Origin: a virus | Lineage: Duplodnaviria > Caudoviricetes | Strand: one strand, 5' to 3' | Length of the DNA: 43,546 nucleotides | Virus record (IMG/VR): IMGVR_UViG_3300010052_000189 | Coordinates: 1-43,546 of that record | Shown: one piece after another, positions 36,381 to 43,546 of the stretch | Layout: every line of letters begins with the position of its first letter | How positions within the stretch are numbered: the first letter of the stretch is position 1 | Notes under the pieces: model-generated | Database searches by the model: none | Told to the model about the DNA's origin: nothing | The model's input: only the letters and a program-made list of their open reading frames with translations | Position numbers and translations under genes: made by a program

Positions 36381-36970
36381 CGGACAAGAAGGTTTCCGAG
36401 CTCACCGCAGCAAGCAATCTCACGGGCGCGGCGTTCCTCATTACGCAAGGGGGTGCGTCGAAGCAGGCTCCTGCTGCGTTGCTAAGCGCCCTGGTAAAGT
36501 TCTCGATGTGCTTCAGCGCATTGGCAAACGAGCCGCCAGCGTCGAACTACGCAACCCTCGACAGCAGGAACAACCACCCTGTTCTCGATTTCGACACCAC
36601 GACCCAGGAGACGGCGATCTTCTCCGGCGTCGTCCCGGAGTCCTATGACAACAGCAGCGGCTTCACCGTCGAAGTGCTTGCCGCGCTCGCCAGCGCCACA
36701 AGCGGAACTCTGGGCTGGGACGTAGCCTTCGAGAGCCTCGCGTCGCAGGATATGGACTCCGATGGGTTCGCGGCGGCAAAGACAATCACCGCCGCTACGG
36801 TGCCGGGCACATCGGGCCAACTTCTCAAGCAAACCGTTACCTTCACACACAGCGAGATCGACGGCCTCACCGCAGGGGCCGCTTTCAGGCTGCGCATCAG
36901 GCGAGATGTGGCGAATGATACAGCTGCTGGCGACGCCGAACTGCGCCAGGTTGTGCTGAGGCAGACCTGA
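36377..36970 (+). CDS. Putative tail appendage adaptor (KKVSEL N-terminus + beta-sandwich)
   Basis: MTDKKVSELTAA..QGG..K; LRIRRDVANDTAAGDAEL. Confidence 0.6.
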   Translation: MTDKKVSELTAASNLTGAAFLITQGGASKQAPAALLSALVKFSMCFSALANEPPASNYATLDSRNNHPVLDFDTTTQETAIFSGVVPESYDNSSGFTVEVLAALASATSGTLGWDVAFESLASQDMDSDGFAAAKTITAATVPGTSGQLLKQTVTFTHSEIDGLTAGAAFRLRIRRDVANDTAAGDAELRQVVLRQT

Positions 36971-37617
36971 TGGCACGCGGGACCTTTTCCTCTGGAAACT
37001 ACTTTTCCAGACCGGCGTCGGTCGTCTCGGCGCCGCCTTTCACCATCCAGATGTGGTGGTTCATGACAGGTTGGGGTGGTGCATTCCAATGCGGAGTGCA
37101 GATCGGTCGGTCGAGCAGCGGCGACCATCGCCACAACATTGCCGTGGGCGATTCCGGAACGCCGATCGTCAGCTGCTACTCGCGAACCACCAGCAGCGAC
37201 CGATCTCAGATCACCATCTCAGCCGCCGACCACAACAAGTGGAACCATCATGTCGGCGTTTGGCGCTCTTCGGCCAACCGCCAAGTCTATCTCAACGGGG
37301 CCCCTGGAGGACTGAATACAACCAATCTTTCGCCCTCGAGCCTCAACGCGACCAGCATCGGCATCCAGACCGATGGCTCGAACGAACCAGCCACCACTAT
37401 GCGCATCGCCGAGGTGGCGATCTGGGACATCGATCTGTCTGCCGATGATATCGCTGCGCTGGCGAAAGGCTTCTCGCCGTTGATGGTGCGCCGTGATCGA
37501 CTGGTCGAGTACATGCCGTTGGTGCGCAGCAACTGGTCGAAGTCCGGCGCCTTCGGGGTGACCGGCGCGCCAGGCGTCCTGGATCACCCGCGGATCATTT
37601 TGCCCACAGAGCAGTGA
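36970..37617 (+). CDS. LamG/ConA-like lectin-fold putative receptor-binding protein
   Basis: PFTIQMW, WNHHVGVW, RQVYLNG, IG..IAEVAIWDIDLSADDIAALAKG. Confidence 0.75.
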   Translation: MARGTFSSGNYFSRPASVVSAPPFTIQMWWFMTGWGGAFQCGVQIGRSSSGDHRHNIAVGDSGTPIVSCYSRTTSSDRSQITISAADHNKWNHHVGVWRSSANRQVYLNGAPGGLNTTNLSPSSLNATSIGIQTDGSNEPATTMRIAEVAIWDIDLSADDIAALAKGFSPLMVRRDRLVEYMPLVRSNWSKSGAFGVTGAPGVLDHPRIILPTEQ

Positions 37618-37873
37618 GACGCTTGATTTCCGCCTGTACGGCGTCGTCGATCGCTTCATAAAGTTGCACGAGGACCGGTGGCGTGGGGCGCTCCGCCGCC
37701 ATTAACTGCTGCACGTGCCAGCGCATGCCCAATAGCTGGTTTTTCTCAATGCGATCGAGGCCGAGCACGGTCGGGTCGCTTTCGCCGTCTGCGATGTATT
37801 TGCTCAGCCGATCGAGCTGCTCGCGCTGTTGCCGGGCTCGCCTGAGTGCCTGGAAGTCGTGAACTTCGGCCAT
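37595..37873 (-). CDS. Antisense-oriented hypothetical protein (moron), 92 aa
   Basis: GAGGAG RBS before ATG 37873; fills the gap between tail and lysis genes. Confidence 0.6.
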   Translation of the reverse strand: MAEVHDFQALRRARQQREQLDRLSKYIADGESDPTVLGLDRIEKNQLLGMRWHVQQLMAAERPTPPVLVQLYEAIDDAVQAEIKRLTALWAK

Positions 37874-37938
37874 GCCGCTCCTCACCTCTCGGGTGAAATC
37901 TAGCGCAAACGCCGTCCCTTCGTGAACCGGAGAATTCC

Positions 37939-38184
37939 ATGAAACCGATCGCCGACTGGCGCCGGGTGCTTAAGCACGCCTGGAGCGTCCGCCTGATGAT
38001 CCTTGCCGCGCTGCTGAGCGGCGGGGAGGCGGCGCTGCCGCTGCTCGACCTGCCGATCCCCGCAGGCCTGTTCGCCATCCTGACGCTGCTGGTGACCGTT
38101 GCCGCCTTCGTCGCGCGCTTCGTCGCTCAGCGCTCTCTGGCCAGCGCCTCGACCGAACCTGAATGGGAAGATGGAGAACCCTGA
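37939..38184 (+). CDS. Putative holin
   Basis: DWRRVLKHAWSVRL + two hydrophobic segments, directly before the endolysin. Confidence 0.75.
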   Translation: MKPIADWRRVLKHAWSVRLMILAALLSGGEAALPLLDLPIPAGLFAILTLLVTVAAFVARFVAQRSLASASTEPEWEDGEP

Positions 38185-38660
38185 TGAAGAACTCGACCAA
38201 GGGCGGCGTCGCCGGCGCTGCCGCAGCTGCCATGATCCTGCTCGCGGGCACGTTCCTGCAGCCGTGGGAGGGGCGCGAGCTACGCGCCTACCAGGACATC
38301 GTCGGCGTGTGGACGATCTGCGATGGCGAGACGCGCGGCGTGAAGCCCGGGGATGTCGCAACGCCGGCCGAGTGCGACAAGAAGCTCTACGCGAGCCTCA
38401 GCGAGTTCAAGGTGGGGCTCGACCGTTGCCTGGTCTACCCGACCTCAACGAAGACCGGGGCCGCCCTCCTCAGCTGGACCTACAATGTTGGGCTTGGGGC
38501 GGCGTGCGGCTCGACACTGGTGCGGCTGGCCAATCAGGGCCGGCTCGCTGAGGCCTGCGACCAGCTGCTGCGCTGGAACCGCGCCGCCGGCCGCGTGGTG
38601 AAGGGGCTGACCAATCGCCGCGAAGCCGAGCGCAAGCTCTGCCTCGAGGGGCTTGGCTGA
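38184..38660 (+). CDS. GH24 lysozyme, SAR-type endolysin
   Basis: Gly/Ala-rich N-terminal anchor; WEG..YQDIVGVWTICDGET (E-x8-D-x5-T); GLTNRREAE. Confidence 0.92.
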   Translation: MKNSTKGGVAGAAAAAMILLAGTFLQPWEGRELRAYQDIVGVWTICDGETRGVKPGDVATPAECDKKLYASLSEFKVGLDRCLVYPTSTKTGAALLSWTYNVGLGAACGSTLVRLANQGRLAEACDQLLRWNRAAGRVVKGLTNRREAERKLCLEGLG

Positions 38661-38998
38661 TGCGCCTCCCGCTCTGGGGCTATGGGCTGCTGTTCGGCGT
38701 GCTGCTCGCCGCCGGGTGGGCGGCCTATGCCCACATCCGTGCCGAGGGCTATCGCGAGGGTTTCGCGGTCGCCGAAGCCGCCTGCGAGGCCGAGCAGCGA
38801 AAGCAGGAAACCGCCAACCGCAACGCGATCGACGCTGCTAACAAGCAGCTCGTCGAGCGCGCCGATGAACTCATCAAAAAGGAGCTGCAGCTCGATGACT
38901 ACGTCAAGGCGAATGATCTGCTGGCCGCTCAGGATCCTGATGCTGGCGGCCAGTGTCTCAGTGCTGGCAGCGTGCGCCGCCTCAACACCATCCGCTAG
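38660..38998 (+). CDS. Inner-membrane spanin (Rz-like)
   Basis: N-terminal TM, coiled coil, C-terminal Cys. Confidence 0.75.
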   Translation: MRLPLWGYGLLFGVLLAAGWAAYAHIRAEGYREGFAVAEAACEAEQRKQETANRNAIDAANKQLVERADELIKKELQLDDYVKANDLLAAQDPDAGGQCLSAGSVRRLNTIR

Positions 38999-39218
38999 GG
39001 CCTCGATCCACCTGCCACCACTGCCGGCGAAGCTGACGGGCTGCGAGCGGCCGGTGCTGATGCCCGAGGTCGAGCTGAACCAGGCGCAGGTCGAGGGACT
39101 TTGGGCGCGCGACCGCGCAGCGCTGGTGAAGTGCGGGGTGCGGCTCGGCGACCTGGTGGCGTTCTACGAAGATCTGTCGCGGCGGCTCGATGTCGCAAAT
39201 TTGCAGCGTGCACGATGA
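38913..39218 (+). CDS. Outer-membrane lipoprotein spanin (Rz1-like)
   Basis: Lipobox VLAAC, Pro-rich LPPLP..C..P, overlaps Rz; ATG 38913 or 38940. Confidence 0.75.
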   Translation: MICWPLRILMLAASVSVLAACAASTPSARASIHLPPLPAKLTGCERPVLMPEVELNQAQVEGLWARDRAALVKCGVRLGDLVAFYEDLSRRLDVANLQRAR

Positions 39219-39685
39219 GCGGCGTCGTCTCCTGGGAAGTCCTAATCTGGGTGGTGAGCCTGATCCTCGCGGCCGGCACGATCGTCGCCGGGTTCCTGTT
39301 TTGGGTCTGGCGCCTGGTCGAGGGTATCAAGCGCGATGCTGCGAAATCCCTGGCCGAGATGGAGGCGTCGTTCGATCAGCAGATTGCCGAACTGGAGAAG
39401 GCGCTCAAGGAGCGGGACACTACGGCCCAGCTGGAAAAAGAGCGCGCCAAGATTGTCGAGGATGCGCTGCGCAAGGAGCTTGCCGACTTTCGACAGCACG
39501 TCGGCGAGACCTACGCCACCAAGGAAGGCGTCAACACCGGCATCGGCCGTGTTGAGACTGCGGTGAGGGACATCGCCGGCCAACTGCGTGACTCGATCGG
39601 CGGCTTGACCGGGCGGATCGACCAGTTGCTTGTGGCGCAGGCCGCCGCGGGAACGCCGCCGGCGCCGGCGAGGCGCGGCGGCTGA
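39215..39685 (+). CDS. Membrane-anchored coiled-coil protein of the lysis cassette
   Basis: N-terminal TM then heptad-rich region, ETYATKE; ATGA overlap. Confidence 0.65.
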   Translation: MSGVVSWEVLIWVVSLILAAGTIVAGFLFWVWRLVEGIKRDAAKSLAEMEASFDQQIAELEKALKERDTTAQLEKERAKIVEDALRKELADFRQHVGETYATKEGVNTGIGRVETAVRDIAGQLRDSIGGLTGRIDQLLVAQAAAGTPPAPARRGG

Positions 39686-39686
39686 A

Positions 39687-39890
39687 CTACAGCGTCGGTC
39701 CGCGCACCAGCCAATGCTGGTCGTTCTGCTCGAAAGGCTCGACATCCTCCTCAATGCCGAACCAGCCGAGCCAATAGCGGTATTCCTTGCGGCGCTCGGC
39801 CGGGTCGGTGCTGGCGAAGCTCCAGCGCTGAATGCCTGGCTCGGGGTACTCGACCTTGGGCATGCCGGGCTTCGGCAGATCATCCGACAT
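39687..39890 (-). CDS. Hypothetical protein, 67 aa
   Basis: Overlaps the ligase stop; plausible composition. Confidence 0.5.
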   Translation of the reverse strand: MSDDLPKPGMPKVEYPEPGIQRWSFASTDPAERRKEYRYWLGWFGIEEDVEPFEQNDQHWLVRGPTL

Positions 39891-40767
39891 GGCGCAGGCC
39901 CTTCAGCGTGCCATGCCGCAACGTACCCTCACCGCGCAGATGTCGCACGGTGGCCGCCAAGCCCGGCCGCAGCCACGTGCCGCGCCGCTTGAGCGGCAGC
40001 ACGGGAGCATCGACCGTGTTGGCCTCGACATAGGCCCAGAAGTCCTCGCGGTCCGCCGCCTTCAGCGTGATGAAGGCATCTCCCACATAGTGCAGCCCAT
40101 GCTCGTCGCGGCGGGCAAGGATCGCCACCGGCGCGCCGCTAGGCGACAGGTCGGCGCCGATCACCTCGAACTCGCCCTCGGTGAAGGTCTTGGTCTTCAG
40201 CCAGGTGTCAGCCTCGCCGCTCTTGTAGCGGCTACCACGCTTCTTCGAGACGATGCCCTCGAGGCCCATGGCGTCTATAGCCGCGAAGGCCTCGGGCCCG
40301 TCCGCTTCGAGTTCCTGGCTGAAGGCAAGGCAGGATGCCGGCGCGCTCTGCAGGAGGTCAGCGAGCAGCGCGCGCCGGCGTTCGATCGGCCGGCTGCGCA
40401 GATCCTCGCCATCGAGGTGCAGCAGGTCGAATGCGACGAAGATCAATTCCTGCGGCCGCCAGCGGATGGCCGTTGGTAAGCCCGAAAAATCGGCGGCTCC
40501 GTTGGCGTCCGGCAGATAGACCTCGCCGTCAAGGATGGCAGAGGTACACCCTAAAAGCGCCGTTGCCGAGACGATCTGAGGATACTTGCTGCTCCAGTTG
40601 GCGCCCGAGCTGCTGAACGCCCTGGCGATACCGGCTTCGACATGAAGCTGCGTGCGATAGCCGTCGAACTTCACCTCGTGCAGCCAGCCGTCGCCGCTCG
40701 GCGCGGTCGCGACCAGACGCGGCTTCATGGGCGGAATGTAGCGGATTGCGGGGCGTTCGAGCAGCAT
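39880..40767 (-). CDS. ATP-dependent DNA ligase (LigD/LigC-type catalytic + OB domain only)
   Basis: EVKFDGYR (I), LDGEV (III), AFDLL (IIIa), EGIVSK (IV), WLKTK (V). Confidence 0.92.
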   Translation of the reverse strand: MLLERPAIRYIPPMKPRLVATAPSGDGWLHEVKFDGYRTQLHVEAGIARAFSSSGANWSSKYPQIVSATALLGCTSAILDGEVYLPDANGAADFSGLPTAIRWRPQELIFVAFDLLHLDGEDLRSRPIERRRALLADLLQSAPASCLAFSQELEADGPEAFAAIDAMGLEGIVSKKRGSRYKSGEADTWLKTKTFTEGEFEVIGADLSPSGAPVAILARRDEHGLHYVGDAFITLKAADREDFWAYVEANTVDAPVLPLKRRGTWLRPGLAATVRHLRGEGTLRHGTLKGLRHVG

Positions 40768-40794
40768 GCCGGCAATTTAGTGCGGACGCGGAAG

Positions 40795-40862
40795 GAATCC
40801 GAGTCGACTCACGATCACTGATTCGTTTTGCTGGAACCGGGCTTCATCCGGCGGATTGAGTC
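40795..40862. promoter_or_regulatory. Divergent promoter region with five GANTC sites and an EcfG/RpoE2-like promoter
   Basis: GANTC at 40795, 40801, 40806, 40820, 40858; GGAAC(40833)-N18-TT. Confidence 0.5.
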
Positions 40863-40883
40863 CGCGCCGCGTAGGAGCAGTCC

Positions 40884-41090
40884 ATGGCCCAGATTTACCA
40901 GTTTCCACGACTGAACCCTCGACCGATCGCCGACGCCGAGGGCGTGCTGGTCAAAGCCATCTCGGTGGTGCAGCGCGCCACCCCGCCCGACAGCGGCATG
41001 ACCCGAGACAACCTGCTCGATGAGTTGCTCGAGGTGCTTGATGGCCCCGAAGCTATCGAGGTCTACAACCGCTCGAAGCAGACCTACTGA
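40884..41090 (+). CDS. Hypothetical protein, 68 aa
   Basis: AGGAG RBS; PPDSGM..LLEVLDGP. Confidence 0.65.
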   Translation: MAQIYQFPRLNPRPIADAEGVLVKAISVVQRATPPDSGMTRDNLLDELLEVLDGPEAIEVYNRSKQTY

Positions 41091-41287
41091 TGCGGCGGCC
41101 AAAGGTGCCTCACAAGCCGGCTGCGCCGAGCGTCCGCGAGACGGTCGGCGCAGCGATCGAGCGCAGCCGCAGCCTGGTCACGGGCGAGCACCCGATGACC
41201 GAGCAGGAACTGATCAGGGACATCCTCGCCAAGCTCGACCTGCCGGCGCCGGTGCAGGCGAGACTGAGGGCAAAGCTCGAAGACTAG
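41090..41287 (+). CDS. Hypothetical protein, 65 aa
   Basis: TGATG coupling. Confidence 0.55.
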   Translation: MRRPKVPHKPAAPSVRETVGAAIERSRSLVTGEHPMTEQELIRDILAKLDLPAPVQARLRAKLED

Positions 41288-41823
41288 TTGAGATGCGTCC
41301 TGAGGGCGGCGGCCAAGGCAATGTAGCCAGGCCAGATCAGCCCGCCCATGGCGTTCTTGGCGCCTTGCCCCACCCGCCACTGGAGGCGGCGAAGGAACTG
41401 CTCGTCGCGGCCGGCGATCGGCAGCGAGGGGATGGCCCATTCCGGACGTCGCGCCGCATCGAGGATGACGTCGAGCGCCGCCTCGCGCTCATCGTGCGCG
41501 GCTGCTTCGGCAACAACCGCCGGCACCGCCGCATTCGCCAGGTCCGCGGCCTCCTGGCTGGTCTCGGCATAGCCGCTGCGGATGAAACACACGCCCCAGG
41601 CGCGGTAGATGCCGACTGACCAGTTCCATTCGGCGGCGTTACGGCTGAACGAGCCAGCCTCTACCAGGTGGCCGCTGACGGTGTCGCCGGTAGGGGAGGG
41701 CAGTTCGGCCCCCAACCGCCGCTTGTGCGGATCCTGGCCGGGCTTGGCGGCCACCTGCGCCCATTCGAAACGGTTGTGTTGTTCGATGTCCACGGGACAC
41801 CATCCCTCGTGGCTTGTTCTCAT
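41284..41823 (-). CDS. Hypothetical protein (start uncertain)
   Basis: Long open frame filling the gap; ATG at 41823 lies within the LexA box. Confidence 0.5.
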   Translation of the reverse strand: MRTSHEGWCPVDIEQHNRFEWAQVAAKPGQDPHKRRLGAELPSPTGDTVSGHLVEAGSFSRNAAEWNWSVGIYRAWGVCFIRSGYAETSQEAADLANAAVPAVVAEAAAHDEREAALDVILDAARRPEWAIPSLPIAGRDEQFLRRLQWRVGQGAKNAMGGLIWPGYIALAAALRTHLN

Positions 41824-41830
41824 TTCGTTC
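41816..41830. promoter_or_regulatory. Alphaproteobacterial LexA (SOS) box
   Basis: GTTC-TCATTTC-GTTC, an exact GTTC-N7-GTTC, overlapping TTGTTC..TATATG promoter-like elements. Confidence 0.75.
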
Positions 41831-41872
41831 ACGGGTATATGACTGGTGGCTTCCGACGTAAAGGAGCCCGAT

Positions 41873-42064
41873 ATGACCACCTCAGTCAGCCCGTCCGATC
41901 AGATCAGGTCGCTAAAGCGGCGGTGCCCATTCTTCACGGCGCACGACATCGCCATGACTACCGGCTTTCGCCCTGGGGTGGTTGAGAACGCGCTGCGCGA
42001 GTTGCCTCAGGAGCGGTCGGACAGAATGCCGGTCTACGCCATGAAGGAACGCGCCGCCGACTGA
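41873..42064 (+). CDS. Small hypothetical (HTH-like) protein, 63 aa
   Basis: AAGGAG RBS before ATG 41873; TAHDIAMTTGFRPGVVENAL. Confidence 0.6.
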   Translation: MTTSVSPSDQIRSLKRRCPFFTAHDIAMTTGFRPGVVENALRELPQERSDRMPVYAMKERAAD

Positions 42065-42068
42065 AGCC

Positions 42069-42611
42069 GTGGACGATATCGCAAACCTGCAGCTCTCGGC
42101 TTACACGCCGAGGGAACTCGACATCCTCTGCCGACGGTGCAAGCGCCACGTATCGGTGAGGACATCCAAGCTGAACACCCGCTACGGAGATCGCCCGTTA
42201 GGCGAGATCGCGCGTCTGGTGGCCGCGGACGGCAACCCGCCGTGCGCGCTGGCGGCGATGGGAGAGGGGTGTTCCGTTGAACCGCTCGAGCCGCCCTTCG
42301 AGCAATGGGCGACCCTTTCGGATGCGCGCCTGGGGAGCTGGGGAGGCTGGCTGACGTGTGACCGGCGCCGCGCATCACTCAAGCCGGCAAAGGCCTGCCC
42401 CGGCGAGTTCGTGGTCGACGTGCACTCGCTGCTGATGGTGCTGCCCTACGATTTCCCGCTCTCGAAGTTGCCGCGGCACTTGAAGTGCCCGGAGTGCCAA
42501 TCGGACCACGTGCTGATCAGGTGGGAGAAGCTGCAGCCGCCGGCACCTTCCGCGCCGGCGGCTCGTCGTTCGGCGGGCATGGGGCAGGGCGGTTTGAGGG
42601 TGGTGCGGTGA
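42069..42611 (+). CDS. Cys-rich putative zinc-binding protein
   Basis: CRRC..C..C and C..C..CPEC clusters. Confidence 0.6.
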   Translation: MDDIANLQLSAYTPRELDILCRRCKRHVSVRTSKLNTRYGDRPLGEIARLVAADGNPPCALAAMGEGCSVEPLEPPFEQWATLSDARLGSWGGWLTCDRRRASLKPAKACPGEFVVDVHSLLMVLPYDFPLSKLPRHLKCPECQSDHVLIRWEKLQPPAPSAPAARRSAGMGQGGLRVVR

Positions 42612-42679
42612 AACGATCACTTTCGAGTTGCTCGGCGCCCAAACGTCAGCGAGCATTCCGTCAAGAAGGGGCGTAAAGC

Positions 42680-43546
42680 ATGCTCGAGTGGTGGATAGCT
42701 CTGCCTGACCCGATCAAGTCAGCAACAATTACAGGTGGGGCCACTTTAGTGGCCGCAATGTCGGGCTTTGCCGTTATCTTCTATCAACTCGCTCGGCAGT
42801 CGAAGAATGCAATCGAGCAAAACCGACGAAACGAGTCGCTGAAGCTTAAAGTGCAGATCTACGAGAAGGTAATAGGGACCTGCTCGGCTGCACAAGATGC
42901 AGTCATGCAATTCACGAACTACATCAGCGTATTGGACCTGCAGCTGCTATTTGCCACCAATATGCAGGGGGGCCTGGTAAAGCCTCGACCGCCGAGCCAA
43001 CGGTATCCAGAGTACTCGCGCTTACGTTCGCAGGCGACTCTTGGGTTGATCAGCGTTGTCACGATGATTGAGCAGTGGCACGTGGTAGACCCGCGGCTGA
43101 GCGTCTTCCGCAGGGCGATCGGCATGGGGCTCGACAGTCATCAGAAGATCATCTTCGGCGGACCAGACATATTGGTTAATGCCATGCCGATGGACGAGTT
43201 CTTGGATCAGTGGTCGCCCCCATCCGCAGCCGACTTGGCCAGATATCGTGCCCGGATGCAGATCGAACTCTACGAAATGGGCAGGCTCTCGGCCTGGGTT
43301 GGGGACTTTCAGATCGAGATGCAAATGTTGCTGTTGGCCGAGCTTTTTCCTAACCCTGTCGAGCGTCGCGACCCTCCGGACCCAGAGCAGTTTTGCATAC
43401 GGCTAGACCGCGCTGACGAGATCGAACGTGTGCTTGACCAGTCTGATTGGGGTAGGCGCGCAATCGAGCTTGAGGCTGCCGCCTGGGCTCGCTTCAAGCC
43501 GGCGGAGGGTGCGAGGCCACCTGATCAACGCGCGGAACTGCCATAG
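42680..43546 (+). CDS. Lower-GC hypothetical protein with N-terminal TM helix (accessory gene)
   Basis: 288-aa ORF, hydrophobic residues ~15-36, AT-richer codons than the phage core. Confidence 0.7.
   Translation: MLEWWIALPDPIKSATITGGATLVAAMSGFAVIFYQLARQSKNAIEQNRRNESLKLKVQIYEKVIGTCSAAQDAVMQFTNYISVLDLQLLFATNMQGGLVKPRPPSQRYPEYSRLRSQATLGLISVVTMIEQWHVVDPRLSVFRRAIGMGLDSHQKIIFGGPDILVNAMPMDEFLDQWSPPSAADLARYRARMQIELYEMGRLSAWVGDFQIEMQMLLLAELFPNPVERRDPPDPEQFCIRLDRADEIERVLDQSDWGRRAIELEAAAWARFKPAEGARPPDQRAELP

Larger units (their letters stand above)
1..43546. mobile_element. Temperate siphovirus prophage (lambdoid organisation, HK97-type head, probably cos-packaging); att sites not in window
   Basis: Ordered modules int-xis-early left-cI/cro/cII-replication-late activator-terminase-portal-protease-capsid-tail-lysis, with no obvious broken core gene. 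Confidence 0.95.

Noticed and set aside
1-43546. attL/attR direct repeats; gene transfer agent interpretation
   Set aside because: The window begins and ends at stop codons and no terminal repeat was seen; integrase, repressor and replication genes indicate a true prophage rather than a GTA

Overview
A near-complete ~43.5 kb temperate siphovirus prophage with lambdoid gene order and an HK97-type head. The GC-rich sequence, GTTC-N7-GTTC LexA box, GapR, DUF6456 and cuckoo-type motifs point to an alphaproteobacterial, probably Rhizobiales, host. Left to right: integrase/excisionase and a translationally coupled early-left operon (DUF5131, ASCH-like, MazG-like, an unlisted 39-aa C2H2 zinc finger); immunity region (YccF-family membrane protein, cI, cro, shared 16-bp operators); a cuckoo-like triple-hairpin RNA; cII; an early-right region with four candidate DNA-modifying enzymes (ParB-MTase fusion, repeat-expanded C5 MTase, Dam-class MTase, Mom-like GNAT), a GapR-Rmf-like fusion and an AAA+ ATPase; replication initiator with iterons; DUF6456 late activator; HNH/cos/terminase/portal/protease/capsid; neck genes interrupted by a stalk+lectin appendage cassette; tail with a -1 frameshift; lysis cassette; and a right-end accessory block (ATP-dependent ligase, GANTC cluster, LexA box, lower-GC gene). 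No att sites, tRNA, rRNA or CRISPR array were seen. Family calls come from motif recognition by eye, not database searches.
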